A DNA stretch of 64,000 nucleotides from Candidatus Parcubacteria bacterium (lineage in GTDB: Bacteria > Patescibacteriota > Minisyncoccia > Phycocordibacterales > PALSA-1337), in the NCBI GenBank assembly GCA_039799225.1, contig JBDLTF010000001.1, forward strand, positions 42,488-106,487, written 5' to 3'. Below are positions 18,862 through 29,606 of this stretch, piece after piece (the first letter of the stretch is position 1; each line of letters starts with the position of its first letter). A program made the translations under genes and the position numbers. The notes under the pieces were generated by a model. It searched no databases, was not told the DNA's origin, and saw only the letters and a list, made by a program, of their open reading frames with translations.

Positions 18862-19851
18862 ATGAATCAAGAAGGTGGACACAAAAAACTCATACTAACG
18901 ATACTCGTACTCATTCTGCTTCTCATCGTTGCTGGCCTACTGATTCCTTGGAACAAACCTGAGGAAGTCGCCGTAGATACCACTGGAAATGGGACTGTCT
19001 TTTCTCCATTCGAACGTCCTGTAGATCGTGTAGTTGATACTCGATCGCCCGAAACTCCGTATACTTATGTACCTACACTCGAAACTCCAGAGGAGATTCC
19101 TGAGGAGCCGGCTATCGTAAACTCTGCACCAAGAACTCAGTCTTCATTCTATTCCGGAACTCAATCAAGCCAATCTTTCAATATACCCGTCTCGACGAGG
19201 CAAACTGGCGAAGTTGCATACATGGATACTTCTGGGGGAATATATTATGTTCCAACATACTCTCCGAGCCCTTACTATCGACCAACGTATACCTACTCGA
19301 CGAGCACTCGACCAGTAAGTCAGCCAGCAGCGCAAGATGATGGTATGACATTCAAAGAGCTGGACAAAGAAGTCTTCGGTTATATAAGCGGTCTTGGTTG
19401 GACTCAATTGCTTGGTGATACTGGCCAGAAAGTGTATGACATCCTCTATGGAATGTCTCCAAACGGCGGTACTGGAGGTACTATCGGTACATTCTTGCCT
19501 GGAGCAGGGGGTGCTGGAGGAGGAATTGGAGCTCTCGGAGGAGGCGGTATAGGGGGTCTCGGTGGCGGAGGTACTGCTATGGCATTTGGAGGACAAGTAA
19601 CTAGAGTAACCCAGTGTACCTGTGGAAATTCGAGCATGCTCGATATCACTGAAGCGACCGGACAGAATATATCACTCGTTTTCCAGCCAGGAGTGAGCAT
19701 TCTCTACAGGGAAGCGAACATCAACGGCATAGGCCAGAATGTTCTCGGAAATTACACTGCTGGCGGCGCCTGTCTTGTATATCACGGCGAAGATTGCACC
19801 GCTGAAGGTAGTCCTGGAGGCACCATTACCGAGGTTGGGACTTCGAAATAA
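18862..19851 (+). CDS. Membrane-anchored protein with Gly-rich linker and 4-Cys C-terminal domain
   Basis: N-terminal TM; FGGQVTRVTQCTC...GACLVYHGEDC...GTS. Confidence 0.7.
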   Translation: MNQEGGHKKLILTILVLILLLIVAGLLIPWNKPEEVAVDTTGNGTVFSPFERPVDRVVDTRSPETPYTYVPTLETPEEIPEEPAIVNSAPRTQSSFYSGTQSSQSFNIPVSTRQTGEVAYMDTSGGIYYVPTYSPSPYYRPTYTYSTSTRPVSQPAAQDDGMTFKELDKEVFGYISGLGWTQLLGDTGQKVYDILYGMSPNGGTGGTIGTFLPGAGGAGGGIGALGGGGIGGLGGGGTAMAFGGQVTRVTQCTCGNSSMLDITEATGQNISLVFQPGVSILYREANINGIGQNVLGNYTAGGACLVYHGEDCTAEGSPGGTITEVGTSK

Positions 19852-19929
19852 AGTCAGAAACAAAAACAGTGATACCTGTCCACAGATACGGCCGAGAATC
19901 TATTGATTTTCTGCTATACTTGTAGTGAC

Positions 19930-20802
19930 ATGGCGAGCTATTACCCTCACAAACAGACGGTCTTGATCACGATCGCATGCGTCATAGCCGTAGGCGGCGT
20001 ATTTGTATACGCAAAGCAAGGTTCTAGCCCGAAAAAATCAGACTCAAAACCCTCTGTTTCGACTGATATCAAGGTGGTCTCTTCTGAGAAAATATCCTCC
20101 ACAACGGATTGGCGTCTGAGCTTCATCGACAAGCAGACTCCTTCGACACCAAAACCTATTTCTACTACTCAAGAATCGAAAGACCTTACTCTGACGGATC
20201 AATTCGGCAGAGATTTCTTCGCACGCTACATACAACTCAAGCAAAGCAACCTCATCGAGAATGAATCGTTCGTCGCTGATACGCTCAATCAGTCTATATA
20301 CTCCGCTGCTCAATCAGCTGAACAACCAAAAGCATATACTCTCGCGGATGTTTCCATTCTCGCAAATGCCACTACGGCTCAGATAAAAGCGTATGGTAAT
20401 TCTATCGGTCTAATATTTTCCACTCATGGAGTCGATGGAGATCCTGCAGTCGTTGCAAACGAGGCATTTGAAAAAGGGGATATGAGCTTACTCAAACAGA
20501 TAGACCCTATCATATCTTCATATGAAACTATCACCACCATGCTCAAAAATCTTTCTGTGCCTCAACCGCTCGCTGCATATCATGTAGATCTATTGAATGC
20601 TGTATCGAGCATGGCGAAGACATCTCGTGATATCCGCAATGTTGAAAGCGATCCTATGCAGACGATGGTGTCCGTAAGCGCGTATACCACCGTACAAAAC
20701 TCGCTCACTGTGTCACTCAAGAGTATGAAGTCTTATTTCTCCATCGTTGGTATCTCGTACGTTTCGACGGAGCCTGGTTCGATCTTTTCCCAACTATTAT
20801 AA
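19930..20802 (+). CDS. Hypothetical membrane-anchored helical protein
   Basis: N-terminal TM; ATG at 19930 follows TATACT. Confidence 0.75.
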   Translation: MASYYPHKQTVLITIACVIAVGGVFVYAKQGSSPKKSDSKPSVSTDIKVVSSEKISSTTDWRLSFIDKQTPSTPKPISTTQESKDLTLTDQFGRDFFARYIQLKQSNLIENESFVADTLNQSIYSAAQSAEQPKAYTLADVSILANATTAQIKAYGNSIGLIFSTHGVDGDPAVVANEAFEKGDMSLLKQIDPIISSYETITTMLKNLSVPQPLAAYHVDLLNAVSSMAKTSRDIRNVESDPMQTMVSVSAYTTVQNSLTVSLKSMKSYFSIVGISYVSTEPGSIFSQLL

Positions 20803-20811
20803 AACACACTT

Positions 20812-22416
20812 ATGAATATCATTAACAAAAAAATCGCTTCGGTCCTCATACTCATCGCTTTCGTCATCTCTGGCACTCTCGCAACGCCAGCAACGACCTA
20901 TGCACTTGGAGCGGTTCCCGTCGACACAACATTCAACTTCCATAGCATCCAGCAACAAACGAAGGATTTCGTGCTGAACTCACTCGCATGGAATGTGGCT
21001 AAGATGACGTTGCAGCAGCTCACGACGAGTATCGTGAACTGGATCAACACTGGATTCGAGGGAAGTCCTGCATTCATCGACAACCCTGAGGCATTCTTCC
21101 TTGACCTTGGCGACCAAGTCACTGGAAACTTCATTGCAAACGTCGGACCACTCCAAAGCCTCTGTTCTCCATGGAATATCGACCTCCGTCTCTCACTCGC
21201 ACTCGGACAAACACGTTCAATGAGCGAACGCTATCGCTGTACCTTGAGTACACTCATCGGTAACGCGCAGAATGCGACTATCAATGGCTACAGTATCGAA
21301 GGATTCACTTCTGGCGACTTCGCTCAAGGAGGATGGCCAGCATTCATGATCATGACGAGCGAACCTCGCAACAATCCATACGGATCATATCTTCAGGCGA
21401 AGAGTGACCTCGATCAGCAGATAGCCGCTAAACAAAACTCCGTCAACAGTGACCTCGACAGGGGACAGGGCTTCCTCTCGTGGCAAAAGTGCGTTCCTAC
21501 CAACGTGAACAGCAATACAGGAAATGCATCTTCTCTTGGTCTCAATCAGAACGACCTCGCTCAATTGAATGCAAATGGTTCAGTAAATGCGAACGGTACA
21601 AGCTACAAAACGAGTACTGATCCTGAAACAGGATATACCGTATACGAAACATGCTCCGTACAAACTCCTGGATCGGTCATCAGTGCAGGTCTCAATAAGA
21701 GCCTTGGATCAAGTGTGGACCAGCTCAACCTTGCTGACTCGATCAACGAAATTACGAGTGCACTCTTCGCTCAGCTCATATCTCAAGTCTTCACTAAGGG
21801 TCTCGGTGGAAGCAGTCAAAGGTCAGGTGGTCAGACACAGTCATACATCGAACAACTCAATGCACAGTCGAGAGGTGCTGGTGCATATTCAAACTCGACG
21901 CAGAATATCCAGGCAAGCTACGCAATATATCTCACTGATGCCCAGTCAATCGTCAGCACGTATCAGCAAGCTGTAGGTGCATTCGACACTACCCGCAGTA
22001 GCTTCTCGATTGCACAGGGTTGCTTCCAAGATATCGCTCTCGTAGCAACGAAGCAAACCATCAAGAATGAGGCTCAGCGCAATGCAGATGCAATACAGTC
22101 ACTACTCATCAACCAGTTCGGCCCAGCAGCGCTCATATATTCAGACAAGCTCTCTACAGCAAACAGAATAGTCAGTACGATCAATTCTCGCGTCAATTCG
22201 GCACAGAATATCACCGATGCTCAGAGTGCACAGACTGCTTCGAACCAGTTGCAGGAATTCATCGCCACCCAAGTCCCCGCTATCCAGCAAGGCAAAGATC
22301 TTGGCGCGGCAGATCTTACCGCAGCACGAGCTCAAGCAGCACAATTCAAGACGAATGCTGATCAATATATGAATATGTGTACTTCACTCAAAAGCCAATC
22401 AGGTTCCTCACGATAA
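20812..22416 (+). CDS. Secreted hypothetical protein of the T4SS-like cluster
   Basis: Signal peptide, IVNWINTGFEG and GFLSWQKC segments, Gln/Ala-rich helical C-terminus. Confidence 0.75.
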   Translation: MNIINKKIASVLILIAFVISGTLATPATTYALGAVPVDTTFNFHSIQQQTKDFVLNSLAWNVAKMTLQQLTTSIVNWINTGFEGSPAFIDNPEAFFLDLGDQVTGNFIANVGPLQSLCSPWNIDLRLSLALGQTRSMSERYRCTLSTLIGNAQNATINGYSIEGFTSGDFAQGGWPAFMIMTSEPRNNPYGSYLQAKSDLDQQIAAKQNSVNSDLDRGQGFLSWQKCVPTNVNSNTGNASSLGLNQNDLAQLNANGSVNANGTSYKTSTDPETGYTVYETCSVQTPGSVISAGLNKSLGSSVDQLNLADSINEITSALFAQLISQVFTKGLGGSSQRSGGQTQSYIEQLNAQSRGAGAYSNSTQNIQASYAIYLTDAQSIVSTYQQAVGAFDTTRSSFSIAQGCFQDIALVATKQTIKNEAQRNADAIQSLLINQFGPAALIYSDKLSTANRIVSTINSRVNSAQNITDAQSAQTASNQLQEFIATQVPAIQQGKDLGAADLTAARAQAAQFKTNADQYMNMCTSLKSQSGSSR

Positions 22417-22434
22417 TCTACTATCACAGACTCC

Positions 22435-24354
22435 ATGAAACGCTACCTGCCACATCTATCAGCAATTCTCATCCTTATCGCCATCATAGTAGGCGGATTT
22501 GGACATGTGGCAAATGCGGGATCATGTCTACCTATTCCAGGCCAGTGGAATACAAATGATTGTGTCATCGACCTCTTCGGATCTGCTATAGATATATTGC
22601 TTGGAGCAGCATCATGGATACTCGCTCTCTCAGGATATGTGCTCAACTTCTCAATGAAGCTGACACTCAATATCAAGACATTCGTGGATAATACTGGCGC
22701 AATCTATCTCGTCTGGAAATCAATCCGCGATATATCGGGTATGTTCATCATCTTCACCTTGATCTTCGCTGCCATCAAGATGATACTCGCTCCTATAGGA
22801 GTACCTGGTCCGAGTGTCGGAAAACTAATTACGACTGTGGTAACAGCCGGCATATTGATCAACTTCAGCTTCTTCATTGCTGGCCTCGGTATAGATATCT
22901 CCAACGTAATATCTGCACAGCTCTACAAGGTCATAGCGCCTGAAAGTAATATTTCTGGAGACATGAAAGTGAATCCTTCGTCATTGCGTGCGGGTCTCGA
23001 TGGGGGAATATCAGACATATTCATGAGCTCGCTCAAAATACAGAAGCTCTACGAAAGTGGACTTGCCGCTGATCCAGGTCGACAGGATCAAAATCCTGCA
23101 GAGACCACTATTCGAGTCATTTGGTCTGGAATCATCGGTATCGTCATCATGATCACCTCTGCACTCAGCTTCTTCCTCGCTGCGTTAGCATTCATCGTAC
23201 GCTTCGTTATTCTTATATTCCTGCTTGGATTCTCTCCTATCTGGCTTGCCGCGTACGCCATACCAGATCTCAAAAAATATGCCGACATGTGGACGAACAC
23301 ATACAAGAGTCAGCTCATCTTCATGCCGGTATATCTTCTCTTGCTCTATTTCGGCTTGAGTGTGCTTACAAGTGCTGACCTCTTCTGGGCTGGAAGCTTC
23401 GATGGGGCAGGGTGGCAAGAAAAGTTGCTCGTCTTCGGTATTAATGCGGCCTTCGTCATCATCATGCTCAATGCACCACTTCTTGCAGCTCTCAGTATTG
23501 GAGCAATGATGCCTAAGTGGGCGAATAATGTAGGTGCAGGAGCAATATGGAAGAGTGTTGGTGGATGGGCAGGTGGTATAGCTGGCAGAGGTACGATGCG
23601 AGTAACTGGTGCCTCGAAAGTTGATGGTTATCTTGCAAATACCAAGGTCGGTAACACTCAGTGGATGCGTGATCTAAGATCAGTAACAACAGGACCTATT
23701 ACCAAGGCAAAATTTGGTAGTTCAAGGTCTATTGAAGATGTCGACAAACTAGGTAAGGACGTACAATCAAAAGCAAAAGAAATACAGAGGGTCAAAGACA
23801 TTAAAGCTCTTATTGCGAATGGTTCAGCGACACGAGATGAATATGCGAATGTATTCAAATCCGTTAAACCTGCTGACCGCGTAGAGCTGATTGGAAAGGA
23901 TAATCTCAAGAATCCAAGTGTCTGGAAGAACCTTGGAAAGGCTGAGCTCGACGCAATAGAGAAATCAGACAAATTTAGCCCTGATGACATCAGCAGTATA
24001 AAGAATGCCCGCAACGCAGCACTCACCTCAGCAGTAGCTGACGGAAGAAAAGACGACACTAGTCATGTCTTGAAAAATACAAATACGGAGGATTTGGCTG
24101 AAATTATTTCAAGTAACACTGCTATGCTCGCTAATCCAAACTTTATTGGTGAGCTGACATCGGAAAATCTAACAAAGTTGAAAGGTGGCCTCACTGAGCC
24201 TCAGCAACATGAAATAGCAAAAACTATTCTGACATGGCGCAGTGGCCCATCAGATCCAGCGCATCCTGCGGAAGGTTGGATGAAACGCGAAGCGAAAAAG
24301 TGGGTTACTTCGGACGTGACCGCACACGGAAAAACATACGCTCCAGAAGCCTAA
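22435..24354 (+). CDS. Polytopic membrane protein, VirB6/TrbL-like
   Basis: About 8 TM segments, WKSIRDISGMF, LINFSFFI..LGIDISN, RFVILIFLLGFSPI; context next to PrgI and VirB4. Confidence 0.65.
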   Translation: MKRYLPHLSAILILIAIIVGGFGHVANAGSCLPIPGQWNTNDCVIDLFGSAIDILLGAASWILALSGYVLNFSMKLTLNIKTFVDNTGAIYLVWKSIRDISGMFIIFTLIFAAIKMILAPIGVPGPSVGKLITTVVTAGILINFSFFIAGLGIDISNVISAQLYKVIAPESNISGDMKVNPSSLRAGLDGGISDIFMSSLKIQKLYESGLAADPGRQDQNPAETTIRVIWSGIIGIVIMITSALSFFLAALAFIVRFVILIFLLGFSPIWLAAYAIPDLKKYADMWTNTYKSQLIFMPVYLLLLYFGLSVLTSADLFWAGSFDGAGWQEKLLVFGINAAFVIIMLNAPLLAALSIGAMMPKWANNVGAGAIWKSVGGWAGGIAGRGTMRVTGASKVDGYLANTKVGNTQWMRDLRSVTTGPITKAKFGSSRSIEDVDKLGKDVQSKAKEIQRVKDIKALIANGSATRDEYANVFKSVKPADRVELIGKDNLKNPSVWKNLGKAELDAIEKSDKFSPDDISSIKNARNAALTSAVADGRKDDTSHVLKNTNTEDLAEIISSNTAMLANPNFIGELTSENLTKLKGGLTEPQQHEIAKTILTWRSGPSDPAHPAEGWMKREAKKWVTSDVTAHGKTYAPEA

Positions 24355-24363
24355 TATCATTAT

Positions 24364-25098
24364 ATGAAGCAAACACCTCAACAATTTAGAGACCTCGCTG
24401 ACTCAGCTGAACTCTACGACCGATCCGAAGCGATTGGCGCGAAATTTGGTCTGCTCATCGACCAAATAGGGGAGTTGGATGCAGAAATTCGCGACATTCT
24501 CAATGGTGTCAGTGATTCGGAAGACTTCATCAAGCACATCATCCAGCGTCTTGAGATAGACCGCGGACTCGCCGAAAAAATAGTAACGGAGGTCAATGTG
24601 GCCGTATTCCAAACACTCAAAGACCAGATGCAGGCACGAACGGATGCTCAGGATATACAAGACTCAATCTCGAGCGTAGAGAAAGTGGGTGATTTCAGGA
24701 TAGAGAAGGATAGAGTGCCTGCAGATCCGAAAGTTACTGCTGCGGATAGGAGCAAGATACTCGATAGTCTCGAAAATCCACCGGCTCAAGGAGGTGCGTA
24801 CCCAAAATCAGTCTCTACAGACCATACTGAACCTCTTGTCGACCATCTTCTTCAAAATTCAGTAGGACAGCTTGCGCCGAAGCCTCACCACGAAGCTCCA
24901 GCTCCAAGCAATCTCCCTGTAGTAGAAGAGATTCCTCTGAAAACACCTGCGCCAACTCCAATAAAAGCTCCAGCACCTACCGCCCCAAAGCCTGTTCAAG
25001 CACCAACACAACCGACAACTACTCCAGAAGTACCGAAAACTCCAGCACCTCAACCAAAAAGGTCTGGACCTGACCCTTATAGGGAACTAGCGAACTAG
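24364..25098 (+). CDS. Hypothetical protein with Pro-rich tail ending DPYRE
   Basis: 244-aa ORF co-oriented within the cluster. Confidence 0.75.
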   Translation: MKQTPQQFRDLADSAELYDRSEAIGAKFGLLIDQIGELDAEIRDILNGVSDSEDFIKHIIQRLEIDRGLAEKIVTEVNVAVFQTLKDQMQARTDAQDIQDSISSVEKVGDFRIEKDRVPADPKVTAADRSKILDSLENPPAQGGAYPKSVSTDHTEPLVDHLLQNSVGQLAPKPHHEAPAPSNLPVVEEIPLKTPAPTPIKAPAPTAPKPVQAPTQPTTTPEVPKTPAPQPKRSGPDPYRELAN

Positions 25099-25132
25099 CA
25101 CACATTCTCACTTGCCGGTATAATAAAGAGCA

Positions 25133-25564
25133 ATGCGCTATCAAGTCCCCCAATTTATCGAGGTTGAGGACAAGATCTTCGGCCCACTTACCTTGAAACA
25201 GTTCATATATCTCGCCGGCGGGGGAGGTCTCTCATTTTTGGCCTATGTATTTGTCGGTAGTCTCACTATCGCCATAGTACCTATCATTGTCATCATGGCA
25301 ATATCCTCTGCTCTGGCATTCTATCGAATCAATAACAAACCATTCGTTAACATCGTCGAATCTGCATTCAAATACTGGCTCGGTAGCAAGCTCTACATCT
25401 GGAAAAAAGAAGACAGGGCATCACAAACCGCGAAATCAGTTGATGCAGACATCAAGAACTACGCCTCAATCATGGTTCCGAAAATTTCTGATAGTAAGCT
25501 GAAGGATTTGAGTTGGAGCTTGGACATCAAAGAAAGTATGTACTCTGACAAGAAACAAAAATAA
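25133..25564 (+). CDS. PrgI family protein (VirB3-like)
   Basis: YQVPQFIEVEDKIFGPLTLKQF followed by two TM helices. Confidence 0.85.
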   Translation: MRYQVPQFIEVEDKIFGPLTLKQFIYLAGGGGLSFLAYVFVGSLTIAIVPIIVIMAISSALAFYRINNKPFVNIVESAFKYWLGSKLYIWKKEDRASQTAKSVDADIKNYASIMVPKISDSKLKDLSWSLDIKESMYSDKKQK

Positions 25565-26205
25565 TGGCTCCCAAACAATCAACAACTCAAGGATTTATAC
25601 CGATACAGGAGATTCGCGACGGCGTAGTCATCCTCAAGAACGGCGGTATGCGCGCAGTCGTCTTGGCGTCGTCTCTCAACTTCGCTCTCAAGTCACAGGA
25701 TGAGCAGAGCTCAATCCTTATGCAGTTCCAGAATTTTGTGAACTCACTCGATTTTTCCATACAAATATTCGTCCAGTCTAAGAAACTCGATATCAGACCA
25801 TACATCGCGCTTCTCGAAGACCGCTACAAAGAACAGGTGAGTGAGCTCATGAAGATTCAGGTTCGTGAATACATCGAATTCATCAAAACATTCGTCGAGA
25901 GTACCAACATCATGTCCAAGAGCTTCTTCGTGGTCATACCCTATGATCCACCTATTATGAGTGGTAGCAAAAATCCTCTCGCCAGCATGTTCCCAGGGAA
26001 GAGTGGTGACAAAACTGCAGCAGAGAGCTCAAATGCAAAATTCCAAGAATATCGCAGCCAACTCGAACAGCGTGTCGGCGTGGTAGAGCAGGGCCTCGTG
26101 CGTTGCGGTGTCCGTGCGGCTGAGCTTGGTACAGAAGAAGTAGTTGAGCTCTTCTACAAACTCTTCAACCCTGGCGAGACGGAGAAGCCAATTCAGATAA
26201 CTTAA
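25564..26205 (+). CDS. TraC/VirB4 N-terminal-like protein
   Basis: NFALKSQDEQ..I...FQNFVNSLDFSIQI; start overlaps the prgI stop. Confidence 0.7.
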   Translation: MAPKQSTTQGFIPIQEIRDGVVILKNGGMRAVVLASSLNFALKSQDEQSSILMQFQNFVNSLDFSIQIFVQSKKLDIRPYIALLEDRYKEQVSELMKIQVREYIEFIKTFVESTNIMSKSFFVVIPYDPPIMSGSKNPLASMFPGKSGDKTAAESSNAKFQEYRSQLEQRVGVVEQGLVRCGVRAAELGTEEVVELFYKLFNPGETEKPIQIT

Positions 26206-26210
26206 AAGAT

Positions 26211-28022
26211 ATGTCATTCCTCAACAAACTATTCGGAAAAAAAGAAGCTTCTCCTATCGTCTCAATCCTGCCCGAGGAGATCTATCAGGCTGGCGTCCTC
26301 GAACTCAAGGATGTTATTTCGCCATCAGCGCTCAAGGTGAGTCCGAAGGATATAAATCTCGGAGAAAAAGTTGGTCGCACACTCTTCGTCATCTCATACC
26401 CACGCTTCCTCGATGAGAGCTGGTTCGCGCCAATCATAAACCTCGACAAGATATTCAATATCTCCATATTCATACATCCTGTCGATACTGCGAAGATTTT
26501 GAGGCATTTCCAGAAGAAGGTTGCTGAAGTTCAGAGCCAGATCTCCCATAGGGAAGAGAAGGGTCTCGTTCGTGATCCAGCGCTCGATACCGCATACCAA
26601 GATCTCGAGCAGCTTCGCGATCAGCTCATGCAAGCACAGGAGCACCTCTTCGATGTTGGTGTGTATATTACTCTCTTCGCTGATAATGAGGGTGAGCTCG
26701 ACAAGCTTGAATCAGAGATCAAGTCTATCCTCGAGTCCAAGCTTATCTATGTGAAGCCAGCTCTCTTCCAACAGGAACAGGGATTCAAGTCTGTTATTCC
26801 GATCGCTGACGATCAGCTCGCCGTTCATTCCAAGCTCAACTCGTCACCGCTCTCATCTCTTTTTCCATTCGTCTCATTCGACCTCACCTCAGACAAGGGA
26901 ATCCTCTACGGTATCAACCGTCACAACTCATCACTCGTACTCTTCGATCGCTACTCACTCGAGAACTACAACTCGGTGACTTTCGCCGTTGCCGGTGCTG
27001 GAAAATCCTACAACACCAAGCTTGAGATCCTCCGAACACTCATGTTTGATGTCGACGTCATAGTCATCGACCCTGAGAAGGAATATGAATACATGGCGGA
27101 AGCAACAGGAGGGAAGTACTTCAATATCTCACTCAACTCAGAGCACCACATAAACCCATTCGATCTTCCGATACCACGCGAGGATGAGTCTGGTGCAGAT
27201 GTGCTCCGCTCAAACATCATCAACCTTGTCGGTCTCTTCCGCATCATGTTGGGAGGTCTCACACAAGAAGAAGATGCAATCATAGATCGTGCCATCACTG
27301 AAACTTACGCCCTCAAAGATATCACTCCTGAGGCTGATTTCCGCACCGTCGAACCACCACTTCTCTCCGACTTTGAGCTCGTGCTTGCCGGCATGGAAGG
27401 GGGAGAATCTCTTGTGCAGAGGCTCTCGAAATATACCAAAGGAACTTGGTCAGGCTTCATCAATAGGCCGTCAAACATCGATATCAATAAGAAATTCGCT
27501 GTGTTTTCACTCCGCGACATGGAAGATGAGCTCAAGCCAGTGGCCATGTACATCGTCACACACTACATCTGGAATGCTATCCGCAAGAACCTCAAGAAGC
27601 GCCTTCTTGTTATCGATGAGGCGTGGTGGATGATGAAATCAGAGGACACGGCTTCATTCTTGTTCAGCCTCGCCAAGCGTGGTCGTAAATACTTCCTCGG
27701 TCTCGCCACAATCACTCAGGACGTGGATGACTTCTTGAATTCACCGTATGGACTGCCGATTGTGACCAACTCCTCAATCCAGATTCTTTTGAAACAGTCA
27801 CCAACTGTTATTGATCACGTCCAGAAGACTTTCAACCTCACTGATGAAGAGAAATACCTCTTGCTCGAGTCAGACGTAGGGGAGGGTATATTCTTCGTGG
27901 GTCTCAAGCACGTCGCCATCAAAATCGTCGCCTCATATACTGAAGACCAAATCATCACCACCAACCCTGCTCAGGTTTTGAGCATACAGCAATCAAAGAA
28001 GGATCTTGAGCAGGCTGGGTAA
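26211..28022 (+). CDS. virB4: VirB4-like type IV secretion ATPase
   Basis: Walker A variant AVAGAGKS, IDPEKEY, INPFDL, Walker B VIDEAW, KRGRKY, ITQ. Confidence 0.88.
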   Translation: MSFLNKLFGKKEASPIVSILPEEIYQAGVLELKDVISPSALKVSPKDINLGEKVGRTLFVISYPRFLDESWFAPIINLDKIFNISIFIHPVDTAKILRHFQKKVAEVQSQISHREEKGLVRDPALDTAYQDLEQLRDQLMQAQEHLFDVGVYITLFADNEGELDKLESEIKSILESKLIYVKPALFQQEQGFKSVIPIADDQLAVHSKLNSSPLSSLFPFVSFDLTSDKGILYGINRHNSSLVLFDRYSLENYNSVTFAVAGAGKSYNTKLEILRTLMFDVDVIVIDPEKEYEYMAEATGGKYFNISLNSEHHINPFDLPIPREDESGADVLRSNIINLVGLFRIMLGGLTQEEDAIIDRAITETYALKDITPEADFRTVEPPLLSDFELVLAGMEGGESLVQRLSKYTKGTWSGFINRPSNIDINKKFAVFSLRDMEDELKPVAMYIVTHYIWNAIRKNLKKRLLVIDEAWWMMKSEDTASFLFSLAKRGRKYFLGLATITQDVDDFLNSPYGLPIVTNSSIQILLKQSPTVIDHVQKTFNLTDEEKYLLLESDVGEGIFFVGLKHVAIKIVASYTEDQIITTNPAQVLSIQQSKKDLEQAG

Positions 28023-28029
28023 CATCATT

Positions 28030-28509
28030 ATGGATACAAATCCCAAAAAGAGAACTCTTGCAAAGATAGTCCTTTTCGGATTTTCTGCAATCGTAGACTT
28101 CGCTCAGGTACTCATAACCTTCACTGGTGTCGGTATAGTGGTGAGTGAAGCGATTGAGATTGCTATGCCATTTGCCTTATTCGCACTATTCACTATATTC
28201 AAGATATCTATCATCAATAAACCGAGAAGAGTGGCATCTATGCTTGCTGTCGGATTTGGAGATGCTTTGACGGGTGGTGTAGCGCCATTTTGGGTATTCG
28301 ATGTCTACTATATATTCCGAGATGTGGCCAGAGAAGACGCCCTTATAAATTCAGAACGAGAACAATCTGAAGCCTTGGCAAACACCACAATGCAGCCTTT
28401 ATACCAAAATGGTGTCAGACAGCCACAATCTCAGCCTAATGAAAGACCACAGAACAAACTCAACAAAAATGGTATCCGAGCACCTGGAGGAGGACTGGTC
28501 AAAAGCTAG
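28030..28509 (+). CDS. Hypothetical membrane protein
   Basis: Two to three TM segments, directly after virB4. Confidence 0.7.
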   Translation: MDTNPKKRTLAKIVLFGFSAIVDFAQVLITFTGVGIVVSEAIEIAMPFALFALFTIFKISIINKPRRVASMLAVGFGDALTGGVAPFWVFDVYYIFRDVAREDALINSEREQSEALANTTMQPLYQNGVRQPQSQPNERPQNKLNKNGIRAPGGGLVKS

Positions 28510-28562
28510 CCTATACACATTTTTCATCGCATATAGAGCGTAATATTGCTAAAATAGAGTCA

Positions 28563-29597
28563 ATGAACTCTCGTTTTCTCTCATTTTTGATTGTATGCAT
28601 TTGCATCTCTTTCTTGTGGGTATCTACTGTTTCAGCCCAGACCATACCTACAGGAATTAGTGGCCTCGTCATCGAGACGTCGTCTTCCAATCCGTACCCA
28701 GGACAGGAGGTAACGGTAACACTCAAAAGCTACTCTATAGACATAGACTCTTCGACTATATCTTGGTCCATAAACGGGAAAGCTGTCCAGAGCGGTATAG
28801 GTACAAAAACCGTCAAAGTAATCGCCCCTGACCTTGGAAAATCATTGGTGGTATCTGTAAGCGCTCGTGCAAGCTCTGGAGCGACAATGTCTGATTCAAT
28901 AACAATAAGCCCAAGCTCCGTCGACATGATAGTGGAATCAGATGGCTATGTGCACCCACTCTTCTCAGGAAAAGTATCTCCACGATATCAGAACGTGGTC
29001 AAAATAATTGCTGTACCACATCTCAGCGCAGCCAACGGAACAGAATACGACCCGAAGACACTCATATATACTTGGAAAAAGGGAAGTACTGTACTCCAAG
29101 ACCAGTCCGGTTATGGTAAACAGTCTATCTATCTCGCAGGAGACATCGTTCCACGACCATACGAGGTGACTGTGTCGATCGCTACGCGTGATGGTGGTGC
29201 ACAAGGACAAGGAACTTTGTCCATCGGCGCAACAAACCCATCAATAGGATTCTATGTCACCGATCCGCTCTACGGAACTTTCTTCAATAAGGCTGTGACT
29301 AACACTGTACGCATAGGTTCAGAGAAGGAGACTTCTGTTCTCGCTGTACCATTCGGATTTAACAAGCCTATAGATGGTATCGGGAATCTTTCATTGACCT
29401 GGCTCATCAACAGTATCAAACACTCTGAACTAGCTTCTAGCCAATCTGTCATTTTGCGCGCACCTGAAGGATCTGCAGGAACATCCAACATACGCCTCGA
29501 TATCAGGAATAGCGATAAGATTCTACAGAGCGCAAGTACTGGATTCTCAGCGAGCTTCACTGGGAATACTGAAAGCGAGGAAGATGTCTCATTCTAA
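28563..29597 (+). CDS. Secreted beta-sandwich (Ig/PKD-like) repeat protein
   Basis: Signal peptide; three units containing SWSING / YTWKK / TWLIN. Confidence 0.7.
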   Translation: MNSRFLSFLIVCICISFLWVSTVSAQTIPTGISGLVIETSSSNPYPGQEVTVTLKSYSIDIDSSTISWSINGKAVQSGIGTKTVKVIAPDLGKSLVVSVSARASSGATMSDSITISPSSVDMIVESDGYVHPLFSGKVSPRYQNVVKIIAVPHLSAANGTEYDPKTLIYTWKKGSTVLQDQSGYGKQSIYLAGDIVPRPYEVTVSIATRDGGAQGQGTLSIGATNPSIGFYVTDPLYGTFFNKAVTNTVRIGSEKETSVLAVPFGFNKPIDGIGNLSLTWLINSIKHSELASSQSVILRAPEGSAGTSNIRLDIRNSDKILQSASTGFSASFTGNTESEEDVSF

Positions 29598-29606
29598 TCA
29601 TTTCTC

